A stretch of 64,000 bases of DNA from positions 1-64,000 of the forward strand of contig CBFGJV010000013.1 of assembly GCA_965649205.1 (NCBI GenBank), in the 5' to 3' direction. Of the stretch, positions 49,775 through 59,402 are shown one piece after another. Every line of letters starts with the position of its first letter. Position 1 is the stretch's first letter. Position numbers and translations under genes: made by a program. The notes beneath the pieces were generated by a model, which was not told the DNA's origin, did no database searches, and worked only from the letters and a program-made list of their open reading frames with translations. This stretch comes from a candidate division WOR-3 bacterium. GTDB lineage: Bacteria > Hydrothermota > Tepidihabitantia > Tepidihabitantales > Tepidihabitantaceae.

Positions 49775-51736
49775 TTGGTTATCTTAGTAGTGTTAGCAGC
49801 TCTGGTTGCGGTTCTTGCCGGAGGATTAGCGATTTTTGTTTTTCGTCACCGCGCTTCTGGTATCAGAATGTTGGAGATGGAAAAGCGACTTTATCGGCTG
49901 GAAAGGACTTCTTCGCGCGGCATCCAGGAGCGGTTGCGGCAACTGCGTCAACGTGTGGGCTTGGTGTATCTGGATGGATTAGCTGCTGCGGGAGGTGAGA
50001 ATGGACGGAGGTTTGAACAGGGCGTGCAGGCGGCAGCGCGAGGAGATTGGAAGAGGGCGCTTGCCGAATGGAGGGAGGCAGAAAAAGAGGCGAAGGGAGG
50101 GCAGAGAGTAGCCCTGCTTTTTCTTGTGGCATCCTGCCAGTGGTTGAGTGGAAGCCTTGACGAGGCAAAACAGAATCTGCAGCTGGCCCTGGGTCTGGCA
50201 CAGAGTCTCAGAGACCGGGCGGGTGAGGCCAGCTGTTTGTTTGTATTGGGAAGAATGGAACAGGAAAGTGGATTATTGAAAAACAGTCGGGGGCGCTATC
50301 TGAAGAGCGCTCGTTTATGGAGTCAACTTGGCGATGTGCCGTTAGAGGTGAAAGCGCTGGTGCGCGCAGCGGAGGTAGAGGAGCAGCTGGGAAGGACAAA
50401 TCAGGCGTTGGAACTGCATCGACGCGCCCTTACCATATGCGAAAGAGCTGGAGACAGGTCGGGTGCAGCTCAGCGCTATATTGCTACGGGGCGGATACTG
50501 GAAGCGGGTGGGACGTTGGACCGAGCCCGGGCCGCCTACGAGGATGCGCTTCATCTGGCAAGAGAGTGTCAGGACCGAACTGCGGAGGGTGCGGCACTTG
50601 CTGCCATTGCGGGAATCCATGCCAGGCAGGGTGATCTAAAGCGTTCACTGGAAACATACAGCAAAGCTCTGCGTCTGTATCGCGATACCCAGCAGTTTTC
50701 CCGGCAGGCGTACACCTTGCTACAGGTGGCTTCCTGTCACGAACAACTGGGTGAGGCGGCGACAGCTCTGGAAGTGTACGAGCAGGCTCTGCGTCTGGCG
50801 CGGCGGATGGGTGACAAGAAAGCTATTTCCAAATCTCTTGTCGGGATGGCCGAGGGGTTGTTGTTGCACAGCGAATATGAGCGAGCGGCAGCTTTGTTGG
50901 AAGAGGCGGTATCTTTGGACCGGGAAAGCAATGACAAGCAGGAGCTGAGTCGACACCTGATTATTCTAGGCCGGGTGCTGTTGGAGCAGAACGAGACGGA
51001 AAAAGCCCAGGAGGTATTGAGAGAGGCATATGAACTCGGTCGGATGCAGAAGGATGGAGATGTGGAACTGCTCGCCGCGTTGGAATTGGGGCGAGCGCTA
51101 AGAGAATCAGGACGTACCGAAGAAGCACTCACGCTGCTGCAGCATTACCGCGAAACGAAAGACAAGGATAATCAAGTAGTAGCGCGGTTATGCGAAGAAC
51201 GGGGACTGTGTTTTCTACGACTCGGTCGGGCGGCAGAGTCAGTAATTGAGTTAGAACGTGCAGCAGAGTTGAGAAGGAATAAGAACGACAGAGAATATGG
51301 GCGAATACTGGTGAATCTTGGGGTCGCCTTGAGCGGTAGTGGGAATGTTGAATCGGGTTTCCACAAGGTTCAAGAGGGGATCAATGTTTTGCACAGCTGT
51401 GGAGCGACGAGCGAAGAAGTCCGGGCCTTAAGGACTCTTGCTCGGCAGGAAAAAGAGCAGGGGAGAAAGGAACTGGCGCGGCAGAGTCTAGAGCGGGCTC
51501 TGGCCAGAGCAAAGGAAGCCGGGGAGGAGGTGGAGGAGGCGAGGTGTTTGTCTGAACTGGGCAGGTTGGCAGTGGAAAGCGGAGAGAGTGCTCGGGCACG
51601 TACCTATTTGGAACAGGCGGCAAAGGTTCTTATCCAAGCCGGGAAAAACGAAGAGGCACGTGCGGTGCTGGATGAATTGTTACGTCTGCCCCACGAGGGC
51701 GTAGGCGTGCAGCTAGTTGACGAACGTGACGTGTAG
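49775..51736 (+). CDS. Membrane-anchored tetratricopeptide-repeat protein
   Basis: N-terminal TM helix and many ~40-aa TPR-like repeats (A...Y..AL.LAR...D...E). Confidence 0.8.
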   Translation: MVILVVLAALVAVLAGGLAIFVFRHRASGIRMLEMEKRLYRLERTSSRGIQERLRQLRQRVGLVYLDGLAAAGGENGRRFEQGVQAAARGDWKRALAEWREAEKEAKGGQRVALLFLVASCQWLSGSLDEAKQNLQLALGLAQSLRDRAGEASCLFVLGRMEQESGLLKNSRGRYLKSARLWSQLGDVPLEVKALVRAAEVEEQLGRTNQALELHRRALTICERAGDRSGAAQRYIATGRILEAGGTLDRARAAYEDALHLARECQDRTAEGAALAAIAGIHARQGDLKRSLETYSKALRLYRDTQQFSRQAYTLLQVASCHEQLGEAATALEVYEQALRLARRMGDKKAISKSLVGMAEGLLLHSEYERAAALLEEAVSLDRESNDKQELSRHLIILGRVLLEQNETEKAQEVLREAYELGRMQKDGDVELLAALELGRALRESGRTEEALTLLQHYRETKDKDNQVVARLCEERGLCFLRLGRAAESVIELERAAELRRNKNDREYGRILVNLGVALSGSGNVESGFHKVQEGINVLHSCGATSEEVRALRTLARQEKEQGRKELARQSLERALARAKEAGEEVEEARCLSELGRLAVESGESARARTYLEQAAKVLIQAGKNEEARAVLDELLRLPHEGVGVQLVDERDV

Positions 51737-52036
51737 CGTATCACGCTGTGCTACGATTTCGGTCCGGCGATAATTTCTGCGGTGATGGATTACTCTGTCC
51801 GTTGCGGTTGAGGCGGGGTTGTTGCATTTGGGGAGAAAGAAGAACCCTTTGTTTTCACGCGCCTCGTCGGAAGCGGACCTACGCTTCTTTTTGGCAGCAA
51901 CCACGTTAGTTCGATTCTTTGTTGGTTCGTGCCTGCTTCTAGCTGACACAACTTATTTTTGCCACCGTTGTTTGACTCCGGCAGTGAAAATGACTATATT
52001 TCTCGCCTAAAGCGTAACCAATACAAGGAGTGTGAA

Positions 52037-53014
52037 ATGGCCAGAAAACAGATAAAGAGGATTCTTGTAACCGGCGCTGTTGGACAGATAGGCTCGGAGC
52101 TCACTTTGGCTCTGCGCAAGAAGTACGGTGCGGAGAATGTAGTTGCTACCGGTAGGAAAACGGCTCCTAGTGAGGAACTTAAGAATTCTGGTCCCTTTTA
52201 CTTCATAGATGTTACTAAGCGCGAAAGTCTAGAAGAGGTAGTCAGAAAACATAACATAGACACAATAGTGCACATGGCTGCCATTCTGTCTGCTGTGGGC
52301 GAAAAGAATCCTCTCTTGTGCTGGGATGTTAATGTTAACGGTACCCTTACCGTGTTGGAATGTGCCCGGGAACACGAGATGGCTCAGGTTTTAATTCCCA
52401 GCTCGATAGCTGTTTTCGGACCGGAGACTCCCAGAGATAATACGCCCAACGATACTATTCTAAAACCGAAAACCATGTACGGTATAACCAAGGTGGCGGG
52501 CGAGCTGCTCGGGGATTACTATTTCTATCGTTACGGGCTGGATGTGAGAGGTCTGCGTTATCCGGGCATCATATCTCACGAAACCCCGCCGGGTGGTGGT
52601 ACGACCGATTATGCTGTAGCGATATACTACGAGGCGGTGAAGCACCGTCGCTATACCTGCTTTGTCCGCGAGGATACGAGATTGCCGATGATGTATATGC
52701 CTGACTGCTTGAAGGCGACCATGGACCTGATGGAAGCAGATTTGTCTCGACTAAAGCATCATTGTGATTTTAACGTAGGGGCGATGAGTTTTAGCGCTGG
52801 TGAGTTGGCAGCGTCTATCAAGAAGTACTACCCAGATTTTGTTTGTACCTACGAGCCGGACTTCAGGCAGCAGATAGCAGATTCTTGGCCTAAGTCACTG
52901 GACGATAGCGCCGCTAGAGAGGAATGGGGCTGGCAGCCAGCTTACGACTTGGACGCCATGACTAGAGATATGCTGGCAAACCTGGAGCGCAAACACCAGC
53001 TCGGTAAGATTTGA
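52037..53014 (+). CDS. NAD-dependent epimerase/dehydratase family, L-threonine 3-dehydrogenase (SDR type)
   Basis: ILVTGAVGQIG, PSSIAVFG, MYGITK, PGGGTTDYAV, LPMMYMPD, RQQIADSWP. Confidence 0.88.
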   Translation: MARKQIKRILVTGAVGQIGSELTLALRKKYGAENVVATGRKTAPSEELKNSGPFYFIDVTKRESLEEVVRKHNIDTIVHMAAILSAVGEKNPLLCWDVNVNGTLTVLECAREHEMAQVLIPSSIAVFGPETPRDNTPNDTILKPKTMYGITKVAGELLGDYYFYRYGLDVRGLRYPGIISHETPPGGGTTDYAVAIYYEAVKHRRYTCFVREDTRLPMMYMPDCLKATMDLMEADLSRLKHHCDFNVGAMSFSAGELAASIKKYYPDFVCTYEPDFRQQIADSWPKSLDDSAAREEWGWQPAYDLDAMTRDMLANLERKHQLGKI

Positions 53015-53053
53015 TCCTCTTGACGGTTTCCTTCGGCTGGAATACTATAACTT

Positions 53054-53548
53054 ATGCTGCACTATCCCAAAAGAGACCTTTCTAAGCTGTTCGACGTTGA
53101 CCGTATCTATTATGGGCAGGGTCGCGGGGAAACCGGTGTATGTCTGCACATTCCTTTTCGAAACCACGTCGCCGGCAGTGCTCAGTCGGAAGAGCATATT
53201 ATCATGATAAATGTAGCCAATAACCTCATTGAGTTTCTGCGCTACAAACGAGCAATACGTGGTCCGCAACTCTGGGACTACGATGCAGAGAAGGCGGCCG
53301 AGCCGTACACCGTGTGCGGCGACAATCCGAACGGCAGTGGTGTCATCATCCAGGATATGAGTTACATCGGTGGGCCGAAGTTGCAGATTTTTCTGGACAA
53401 GACGTTCGGAGCTAATGAAATAGCAGTACTGTGGAGAAATCAGATGGTGGGTGATGACCGACTACTCCATGACTATGAACAGTACTTAAAGGAGACGCTT
53501 TCTCAAGGCGGAGAAACAGAGTCCGAGCAAGCGGAAACTGCACCGTGA
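53054..53548 (+). CDS. Hypothetical protein
   Basis: 164-aa ORF with globular composition filling the gap, with a promoter-like TTGACG-N17-TACTAT just upstream. No recognised motif. Confidence 0.65.
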   Translation: MLHYPKRDLSKLFDVDRIYYGQGRGETGVCLHIPFRNHVAGSAQSEEHIIMINVANNLIEFLRYKRAIRGPQLWDYDAEKAAEPYTVCGDNPNGSGVIIQDMSYIGGPKLQIFLDKTFGANEIAVLWRNQMVGDDRLLHDYEQYLKETLSQGGETESEQAETAP

Positions 53549-53586
53549 AAGCCAGCGACACTGCTGGTTCGTTAGGAGTAGGTACA

Positions 53587-54279
53587 ATGCAAACAGACTT
53601 TGTGGGCGTGGCAGAGACAGGGCCAACATTCCGAGCTGTAGTGAAAGATCCGGAAGTTACCGCGTTGGTGCGAGAGGCTGACCGGCAGCTTGCCATCTTG
53701 GGGTATACTGAACACGGACAGCGTCATGCCAGGTTAGTAGCGAAGAATGCCCGTGCGATACTTCTGGCCTTAGGTAAGGAAGAAAGACTGGCTGAGTTGG
53801 CTGCCATCTCCGGTTATCTGCATGATATAGGCAACGTGGTAAACCGGGAACAGCATGAGCAGATGAGTGCTATTTTAGCCCGCGATGTGCTGCTCCGGTT
53901 GGGAATGAAGTATGAAGAAGTATTGCGGGTGATGGGGGCAATAGGAAATCATCACGAGGAGAACGGTAATCCGGTATCAGAAGTGTCGGCAGCGCTTATT
54001 CTGGCGGATAAGGCTGACGTACACAGAAGTCGGGTACGCAATCCGGCCTTTGTGAAGTTTGACATTCATGATCGGGTCAACTACGCGGTGCGTAGCTCCA
54101 CATTATCTGTTGACCATCAGGCCAAGAAAATTGTTTTTGAGCTCAAGGTTGATACGTCCATATCACCGGTGATGGAATATTTTGAGATATTTCTGTCCCG
54201 CATGACGATTTCCCGACGGGCTGCCAGTTTTCTTGGGCTGCATTTTGAGCTGCGCATAAACGGAACGAAGCTAGTTTAG
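53587..54279 (+). CDS. HD-domain phosphohydrolase
   Basis: GYTEHG.RH, GYLHDIGN, IGNHHE, LILADKADVHRSRVR. Confidence 0.88.
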   Translation: MQTDFVGVAETGPTFRAVVKDPEVTALVREADRQLAILGYTEHGQRHARLVAKNARAILLALGKEERLAELAAISGYLHDIGNVVNREQHEQMSAILARDVLLRLGMKYEEVLRVMGAIGNHHEENGNPVSEVSAALILADKADVHRSRVRNPAFVKFDIHDRVNYAVRSSTLSVDHQAKKIVFELKVDTSISPVMEYFEIFLSRMTISRRAASFLGLHFELRINGTKLV

Positions 54280-54296
54280 CACGAAACTGGAGAAGC

Positions 54297-54325
54297 AAAC
54301 GGACGGGCATTTTGCCCGCCCGTTT
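54297..54325. terminator. Bidirectional terminator between convergent genes
   Basis: AAACGGACGGGCA-TTT-TGCCCGCCCGTTT. Confidence 0.65.
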
Positions 54326-54340
54326 CTATGTCAGAGATGA

Positions 54341-54652
54341 CTACTGATTGTCCGCAGAACCCCGGTTTCTTGCAGAACCACCTGAACGGCCCGGTTTACC
54401 TTCGGTACGAGGTCGGGCTTCGTTTACGGTGAGGGGGCGGTTTTCTAGATTATAGCCGTTCAAGGCAGAGATGGCGGCGGCAGCTTCGTTGTCTGAAGCC
54501 ATTTCCACAAAACCAAAACCGCGAGAACGGTCGGTGAATTTGTCCCGTACGATTTCTACGGACGTCACTTCTCCGTGCTGGGCGAAGAGCTCGCGCAGCT
54601 GATCTTCTGTGGTCGTGAAGGGAAGGTTCCCTACGAACACACGCTTTGCCAT
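54341..54652 (-). CDS. RRM-domain RNA-binding protein
   Basis: RNP2 VFVGNL, RNP1 RGFGFVEM, LTVNEARPR. SD GGAGG. Confidence 0.93.
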   Translation of the reverse strand: MAKRVFVGNLPFTTTEDQLRELFAQHGEVTSVEIVRDKFTDRSRGFGFVEMASDNEAAAAISALNGYNLENRPLTVNEARPRTEGKPGRSGGSARNRGSADNQ

Positions 54653-54820
54653 TCTTACATACCTCCGGTCTGTGCCTAGCTTGAGATGGGTTCCAAGTTT
54701 CCGTACGGTGCGTAGCGGGAAGTTGCGCAACCTGCCGGTTTCCTGGAAGAGCTACCTGCAAGCCTTGTCGGGCCTCTTATCTACACGGTCGCTTGCCCGG
54801 CCCCGGGCAGGCGGCAAAAC

Positions 54821-54848
54821 ATTATAGTATTCTCCATGCAGTCGTCAA
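54821..54848 (-). promoter_or_regulatory. Promoter of the RRM gene (long 5' UTR)
   Basis: Minus strand TTGACG-N16-TATAAT, about 165 nt upstream of the ATG. Confidence 0.6.
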
Positions 54849-54984
54849 GGGAAATCTTGACCGGGTTATGCAGGGTAATGCGCGGGTTATCGGTTGGGTG
54901 CCCCAAGTCAAAGAAGGTCTGTTTCGCAGGAGAATTGCCTACAAGAGGAAAAATGTTTTCTTCAGCCGTTCTGGCCGGTGGAGG

Positions 54985-55995
54985 CTAACCTACCCAGCGT
55001 TCAAAGGCAGCTATGTAGTCTTGGCTTGGTTTGTGCAGGGCTGCAGCTTCCAGTATTTTACGGGCCTGTTTACGGTCGAGCGGAGACCAGTGCTGCCATT
55101 TGGTCGGTCCATAGTTCTTTAGTCCTTCCAGCACCATGCTGGTACGGCCTGAGGCTAGCTCGGCTGCCGTGCCGAATTGTTTTTTCATTTCCTTTGCTTT
55201 GTCATAAGCGAGCTTGAAAAAAGCGGGGTAGCGATAATCTCGGGCCAGGTGATGGTCAATTACTAGAGTGACTAGCTCGGGCTGGGAAAGTATTCGGCAT
55301 ATGTTGATTATGCTTCGTATGAGATTGAGGTCAGGCCCGGCTTTGCTCATTACCGCGGTAGGGTAGCCATCAAGGACAACGGTTTGAGCTTTGGCCGCAC
55401 AGATAAGGTCTGTGATTTCCTCTTCTACGGGACCGCTCACGTCTGAGGTGACAAGTACTTTTTCCTTGCCTCTGCTGACTTCAGTCATTATCACCGTACC
55501 AGGTTCGGCGTCTTTGGTGCCATGCCAGACCGGTCGGGAAAAGCTGATTTCTGTTTTCTTGAAGCGGAAACGTCGTCCGTCGGCTTCGATAATGTCGGTG
55601 GGCAGACCGTCAATGGAGCGGAGGAACCTTTCGGCGCGTTCAGTTTGGCTGGGAGGCAGGTCTTGGCGTGATTTTATGAAAAGCGTTTTGCGGGAGTATG
55701 CTTCCACGGAGCGTTGCGGTAGGAAGTGGTCCAGATGGTAGTGGGATATGACTATGGCAGTGGAGGAACTGCAGGTAAGGCGACATACTTCCTGGTATCT
55801 TCTAGCCAGTTCAGCTCTCTTTTCTTCCGGCAGAGGAAAGGATGCGGCTTCAGCCGAAGCTCCGGGGTCGATAGTGAGGCAGAGTTCGGGAGTAGTAATG
55901 CGGGTGCACATGCTTTTTACGCCGTGCGAGTCAAAGGCCACATACTCAACTCTGATGCGAGGCTGGTTTCCAAAAACCGAATCAGCGAGTCTCAT
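54985..55995 (-). CDS. Metallo-beta-lactamase-fold hydrolase (UPF0282-like)
   Basis: FDSHGVKSMC, IDPG, ISHYHLDH, HG, TSDV, LDGYP, IDHHLARD. Confidence 0.75.
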   Translation of the reverse strand: MRLADSVFGNQPRIRVEYVAFDSHGVKSMCTRITTPELCLTIDPGASAEAASFPLPEEKRAELARRYQEVCRLTCSSSTAIVISHYHLDHFLPQRSVEAYSRKTLFIKSRQDLPPSQTERAERFLRSIDGLPTDIIEADGRRFRFKKTEISFSRPVWHGTKDAEPGTVIMTEVSRGKEKVLVTSDVSGPVEEEITDLICAAKAQTVVLDGYPTAVMSKAGPDLNLIRSIINICRILSQPELVTLVIDHHLARDYRYPAFFKLAYDKAKEMKKQFGTAAELASGRTSMVLEGLKNYGPTKWQHWSPLDRKQARKILEAAALHKPSQDYIAAFERWVG

Positions 55996-56804
55996 ACCAG
56001 ATAGAGTTGAAGGAGGTAATACCAGGCAGGAATGACGAACAGCAGGCTATCAACGCGATCCAGAAATCCGCCATGTTGACCGAGTACACTGGAAGTGTCT
56101 TTTAGCCCGGCGGCTCGCTTGAAGATCGATTCGAACAAGTCTCCTATATGGGCGACTGTGCCGAGTCCGATTCCATACAATGCCAGTAAAGTCCAGTGTT
56201 TTCCCGCAAATGTTTCCGGAAACCGAGAGAGAAAAAGGCCGGCCACGATGGCCGAGACCAGTAGCCCGGCGAAAAATCCTTCCCAAGTTTTGTTGGGACT
56301 CAGAAGAGGGGCTAGCTTGCGACGACCCAGCAGGCTGCCCACGGCCCAGGCGGCGGTATCGTTCATCCAGGTGAGAAGTAGGGGAAAGAAAACAAGCCAA
56401 TTTGAGGCGGCAGCGCGGACACAGGCTGCTTTGAGCATTACCAGGTGAGCGGGCAGGAATCCGAGATAGATTATGGTGAAAACACCATAAACTGGTATTC
56501 GAGGTTTGGTTTCGTTCAGAGCGACTGCCGCAATCAGGACAGCGGCGATAGGAGCGAGCAGGAAGTGGGGCAGCCACCCGCGCCAGGCTGCAGCTGTCAC
56601 GGAAAAATTGAGTAGTCCGAGAAACCAGGGGTTGAGTTCAATGTCAGCGGTCCGCAACAGGCGGACGAATTCCAGGGTGGCTAAAACTGACCAACAGGCA
56701 ACCAGCAGGACCAGAAGGAGAGAGGGGCCATAGAGGACGGTCAGGAACACAGCGACGGCGAGGAAGGTTCCTATGCTCACTCTGCCCAGCAGGCCTGACT
56801 TCAT
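55992..56804 (-). CDS. cdsA: Phosphatidate cytidylyltransferase
   Basis: SPNKTWEG, GDLFESIFKR...KD...HGGFLDRVDS. Confidence 0.93.
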   Translation of the reverse strand: MKSGLLGRVSIGTFLAVAVFLTVLYGPSLLLVLLVACWSVLATLEFVRLLRTADIELNPWFLGLLNFSVTAAAWRGWLPHFLLAPIAAVLIAAVALNETKPRIPVYGVFTIIYLGFLPAHLVMLKAACVRAAASNWLVFFPLLLTWMNDTAAWAVGSLLGRRKLAPLLSPNKTWEGFFAGLLVSAIVAGLFLSRFPETFAGKHWTLLALYGIGLGTVAHIGDLFESIFKRAAGLKDTSSVLGQHGGFLDRVDSLLFVIPAWYYLLQLYLV

Positions 56805-57499
56805 ATACGTCCGAATCTTCTCTGGCGTTTGCCGAATTCTTCCAAGGCAGCTTCCAGATGAGCAGGCGTAAAATCGGGCCAGAGTGTCTCGGTAAAGTAA
56901 AGTTCTGTGTAAGCCAGCTGCCAGAGGAGGTAGTTGGAAATGCGGTAATCGCCACCAGTGCGGATGAGCAGGTCAGGGTCAGGCAGAGATGGGTCGTAAA
57001 GGAAAGCCGCAAAGTCGGCATCGGTATCCACAGAAGCATGTTTGGCAATGGCGCGGCGACAGGCGTCAACTATTTCCGCGCGTCCTCCATAGCTTATGGC
57101 CAGGGTAAGAACTAAGCCGGTATTTGCGGCAGTGTCAGCGATAAGTTTCTGGAGTTTTCTCCTCAGGGCTTCGGGAAGGTCCTGGCTGCGGCCAATGGTG
57201 CGCACCTGGATGTTGTTCTTTATGAGACCGGGCCTTTCCTGGTCCATTGTACGACCCATCAGAGACATCAAATTCTTTACTTCTTTGTCAGGCCGTTGCC
57301 AGTTCTCAGTAGAAAAAGTGTAAGTAGTGAGATACTTTATGCCCAAATCAGAACAGGCAATGACAATGTTGTGGAGGGCTTTGACGCCTTGGCGGTGTCC
57401 CATAACCCGGGGCAACCCGCGGCGGCGGGCCCAGCGGCCGTTTCCGTCCATTATGACGGCTATGTGCTGAGGTAAGCGCGAGGGGTCAAGTTTTTTCAT
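56801..57499 (-). CDS. uppS: Undecaprenyl/polyprenyl diphosphate synthase
   Basis: HIAVIMDGNGRWA, FSTENW, YGGRAEI, PDLLIRTGG. Confidence 0.95.
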   Translation of the reverse strand: MKKLDPSRLPQHIAVIMDGNGRWARRRGLPRVMGHRQGVKALHNIVIACSDLGIKYLTTYTFSTENWQRPDKEVKNLMSLMGRTMDQERPGLIKNNIQVRTIGRSQDLPEALRRKLQKLIADTAANTGLVLTLAISYGGRAEIVDACRRAIAKHASVDTDADFAAFLYDPSLPDPDLLIRTGGDYRISNYLLWQLAYTELYFTETLWPDFTPAHLEAALEEFGKRQRRFGRI

Positions 57500-57557
57500 C
57501 TTACGGAGAAGGCGACCGCTGCTGCCTGTAAGCAGGAGGCGGTATTATTGCTTAGCC

Positions 57558-58115
57558 TTACTTCTCCAGTATTTCTGCTTCCTTGTTTTTCAGAAGTTCG
57601 TCCAGTTTCTTGATGTACTCGTCTGTTAATTCCTGCGTCTTTTTCACTGCGGCCTTGGAGTCGTCTTCGGAAATTTTCTTTTCTTTTTCCAGCTTTTTTA
57701 TAGCTTCATTGGCTTCGCGACGCAGGTTACGAATAGCGATGCGTGCATCTTCTGTTAGCTTGGCGCAGAGACGGACCAGTTCTTTTCTCCGTTCCTCGGT
57801 AAGCGGGGGAATCTGCAACCGAATCAGGTTGGCCTCTACTTTCGGGTGCAGACCGAGTTCCGCCCGATGGATGGCCTTTTCGATTTCGGGTAATAGACTA
57901 CGGTCCCAGGGTTGTACTACAAGTTGGCGGGGTTCAGGTACCGATATGCTTGCCACCTGTTTGAGCGGGGTGGGGGTATCGTAGTAGTTCACCCGGACGC
58001 CATCCAGAATCGCAGGATTGGCGCGAGAAGTACGGATGCGGGCGAACTCCGCTTCCAAAACTTCTAGCGTCTTGGTCATTTTGGTTCTGAGGTCTTTATA
58101 CACTTGTTCTAGCAT
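57558..58115 (-). CDS. frr: Ribosome recycling factor
   Basis: IRTSRANP, PPLTEERRKELV, AIRNLRR. Confidence 0.95.
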   Translation of the reverse strand: MLEQVYKDLRTKMTKTLEVLEAEFARIRTSRANPAILDGVRVNYYDTPTPLKQVASISVPEPRQLVVQPWDRSLLPEIEKAIHRAELGLHPKVEANLIRLQIPPLTEERRKELVRLCAKLTEDARIAIRNLRREANEAIKKLEKEKKISEDDSKAAVKKTQELTDEYIKKLDELLKNKEAEILEK

Positions 58116-58807
58116 ACTAGACTCCCTATTTCTTTCCCTGATATGATATTGATTATCGAATCTGGCTGGTGCAAGTTAAATATACGGATGGGTATCTTTT
58201 GTTCCAGACAAAGGGCAAAGGCAGAGAGGTCCATTACGGCCAGGCGTTCCTGCAGGGCCTGTTCATAGGACACTCGGGGGTAGAATTTTGCCTGTTTGTG
58301 CTTTCGGGGATCAGCCGAGAATATACCGGCAACATTGGTGGCCTTGAGCAGTATCTCTACGCGCAGTTCGGCCGCGCGCAAGGCGGCAGCTGAATCTGTG
58401 GAGAAGAAAGGATTGCCGGTACCTCCTGACAGAACCAGCACTTCCTTACGTTCCAGCGCTTCTCTTCCTCTGGCTACAGAGTACCGTTCGGTAATACCGG
58501 AGATGTCCAGGGCGCAGAGGTGGCGACTGGGAACTTTTTTCTGAAGAAGCGCATGTAAGCGGATACCGTTGATGACAGTGGCGAGCATTCCACAGTGATC
58601 AGCGTCCACGCGATCGAGTTGCTCTTCGTCCCGACCACGGAGCAGGTTGCCGCCACCAACAACAATGGCTAGGGCCACTTTTCTTTTTCTCGCCAGAGTC
58701 ACCTGACGGACCAGGTCGTCAACTCTAGAAGGAGAAAGAAAATACTCTCCGGAGAGCTTGAGGAGAACTCTATGGTAACGGCAGCCCCGATTCGGGATTT
58801 TACTCAC
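58109..58807 (-). CDS. pyrH: UMP kinase
   Basis: RVLLKLSGE, VVGGGN, GTGNPFFSTD. Start uncertain. Confidence 0.92.
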   Translation of the reverse strand: MSKIPNRGCRYHRVLLKLSGEYFLSPSRVDDLVRQVTLARKRKVALAIVVGGGNLLRGRDEEQLDRVDADHCGMLATVINGIRLHALLQKKVPSRHLCALDISGITERYSVARGREALERKEVLVLSGGTGNPFFSTDSAAALRAAELRVEILLKATNVAGIFSADPRKHKQAKFYPRVSYEQALQERLAVMDLSAFALCLEQKIPIRIFNLHQPDSIINIISGKEIGSLVC

Positions 58808-59393
58808 CCACCTTGAAACGGACAAAACGTCGTATGCGAATGTTCTCGCCGAACTTGGCGATTTGCTCCTTCAGATATTGACCGACAGAAATCTCCGGGT
58901 TCTTCACAAAAGGCTGCTCTAAGAGACATACGTCTGTGTAAAACTTTTCCAGCTTGCCTTCGACTATCTTGGCTATGACATTGGCCGGCTTACCCGACTG
59001 GGCTACCTGTTCTTCATAGATGCGTTTTTCTCTTTCCAGCATTTCGGCCGGCACACCGTCCCGGTCAATTGCCACCGGGTCGGCTGCGGCTATCTGCAGA
59101 GCCAAGTCCCGCACGAAGCGGCGAAATTCCTGATTCTTGGCGACAAAGTCGGTTTCTACGTCTACCTCAATAAGTACGCCCAATCGTTCGCCAGGATGAA
59201 TGTAGGCATCCACCACTCCGGCTGAAGTCGGACGTTCTGCTTTCTTTTCGGCTTTGGCTATGCCCTTGGCGCGCAGAATCTCAATGGCTTTGTCAATGTC
59301 GCCAGCGGCCTGTTCCAAAGCAGTTTTGCAGTCCATCATACCGGCGCCGGTGCGCTGGCGCAGGCTTTTTACTAGTTCTGCCGGTTGACTCAC
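58800..59393 (-). CDS. tsf: Translation elongation factor Ts (short form)
   Basis: LRQRTGAGMMDCK, ETDFVAKN. Confidence 0.95.
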   Translation of the reverse strand: MSQPAELVKSLRQRTGAGMMDCKTALEQAAGDIDKAIEILRAKGIAKAEKKAERPTSAGVVDAYIHPGERLGVLIEVDVETDFVAKNQEFRRFVRDLALQIAAADPVAIDRDGVPAEMLEREKRIYEEQVAQSGKPANVIAKIVEGKLEKFYTDVCLLEQPFVKNPEISVGQYLKEQIAKFGENIRIRRFVRFKVGE

Positions 59394-59402
59394 AGTTCCT
59401 CC

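Noticed and set aside
51713..51949. 78-aa basic minus-strand ORF
   Set aside because: No SD or motif, overlaps the TPR gene end, and lies between co-oriented + genes.
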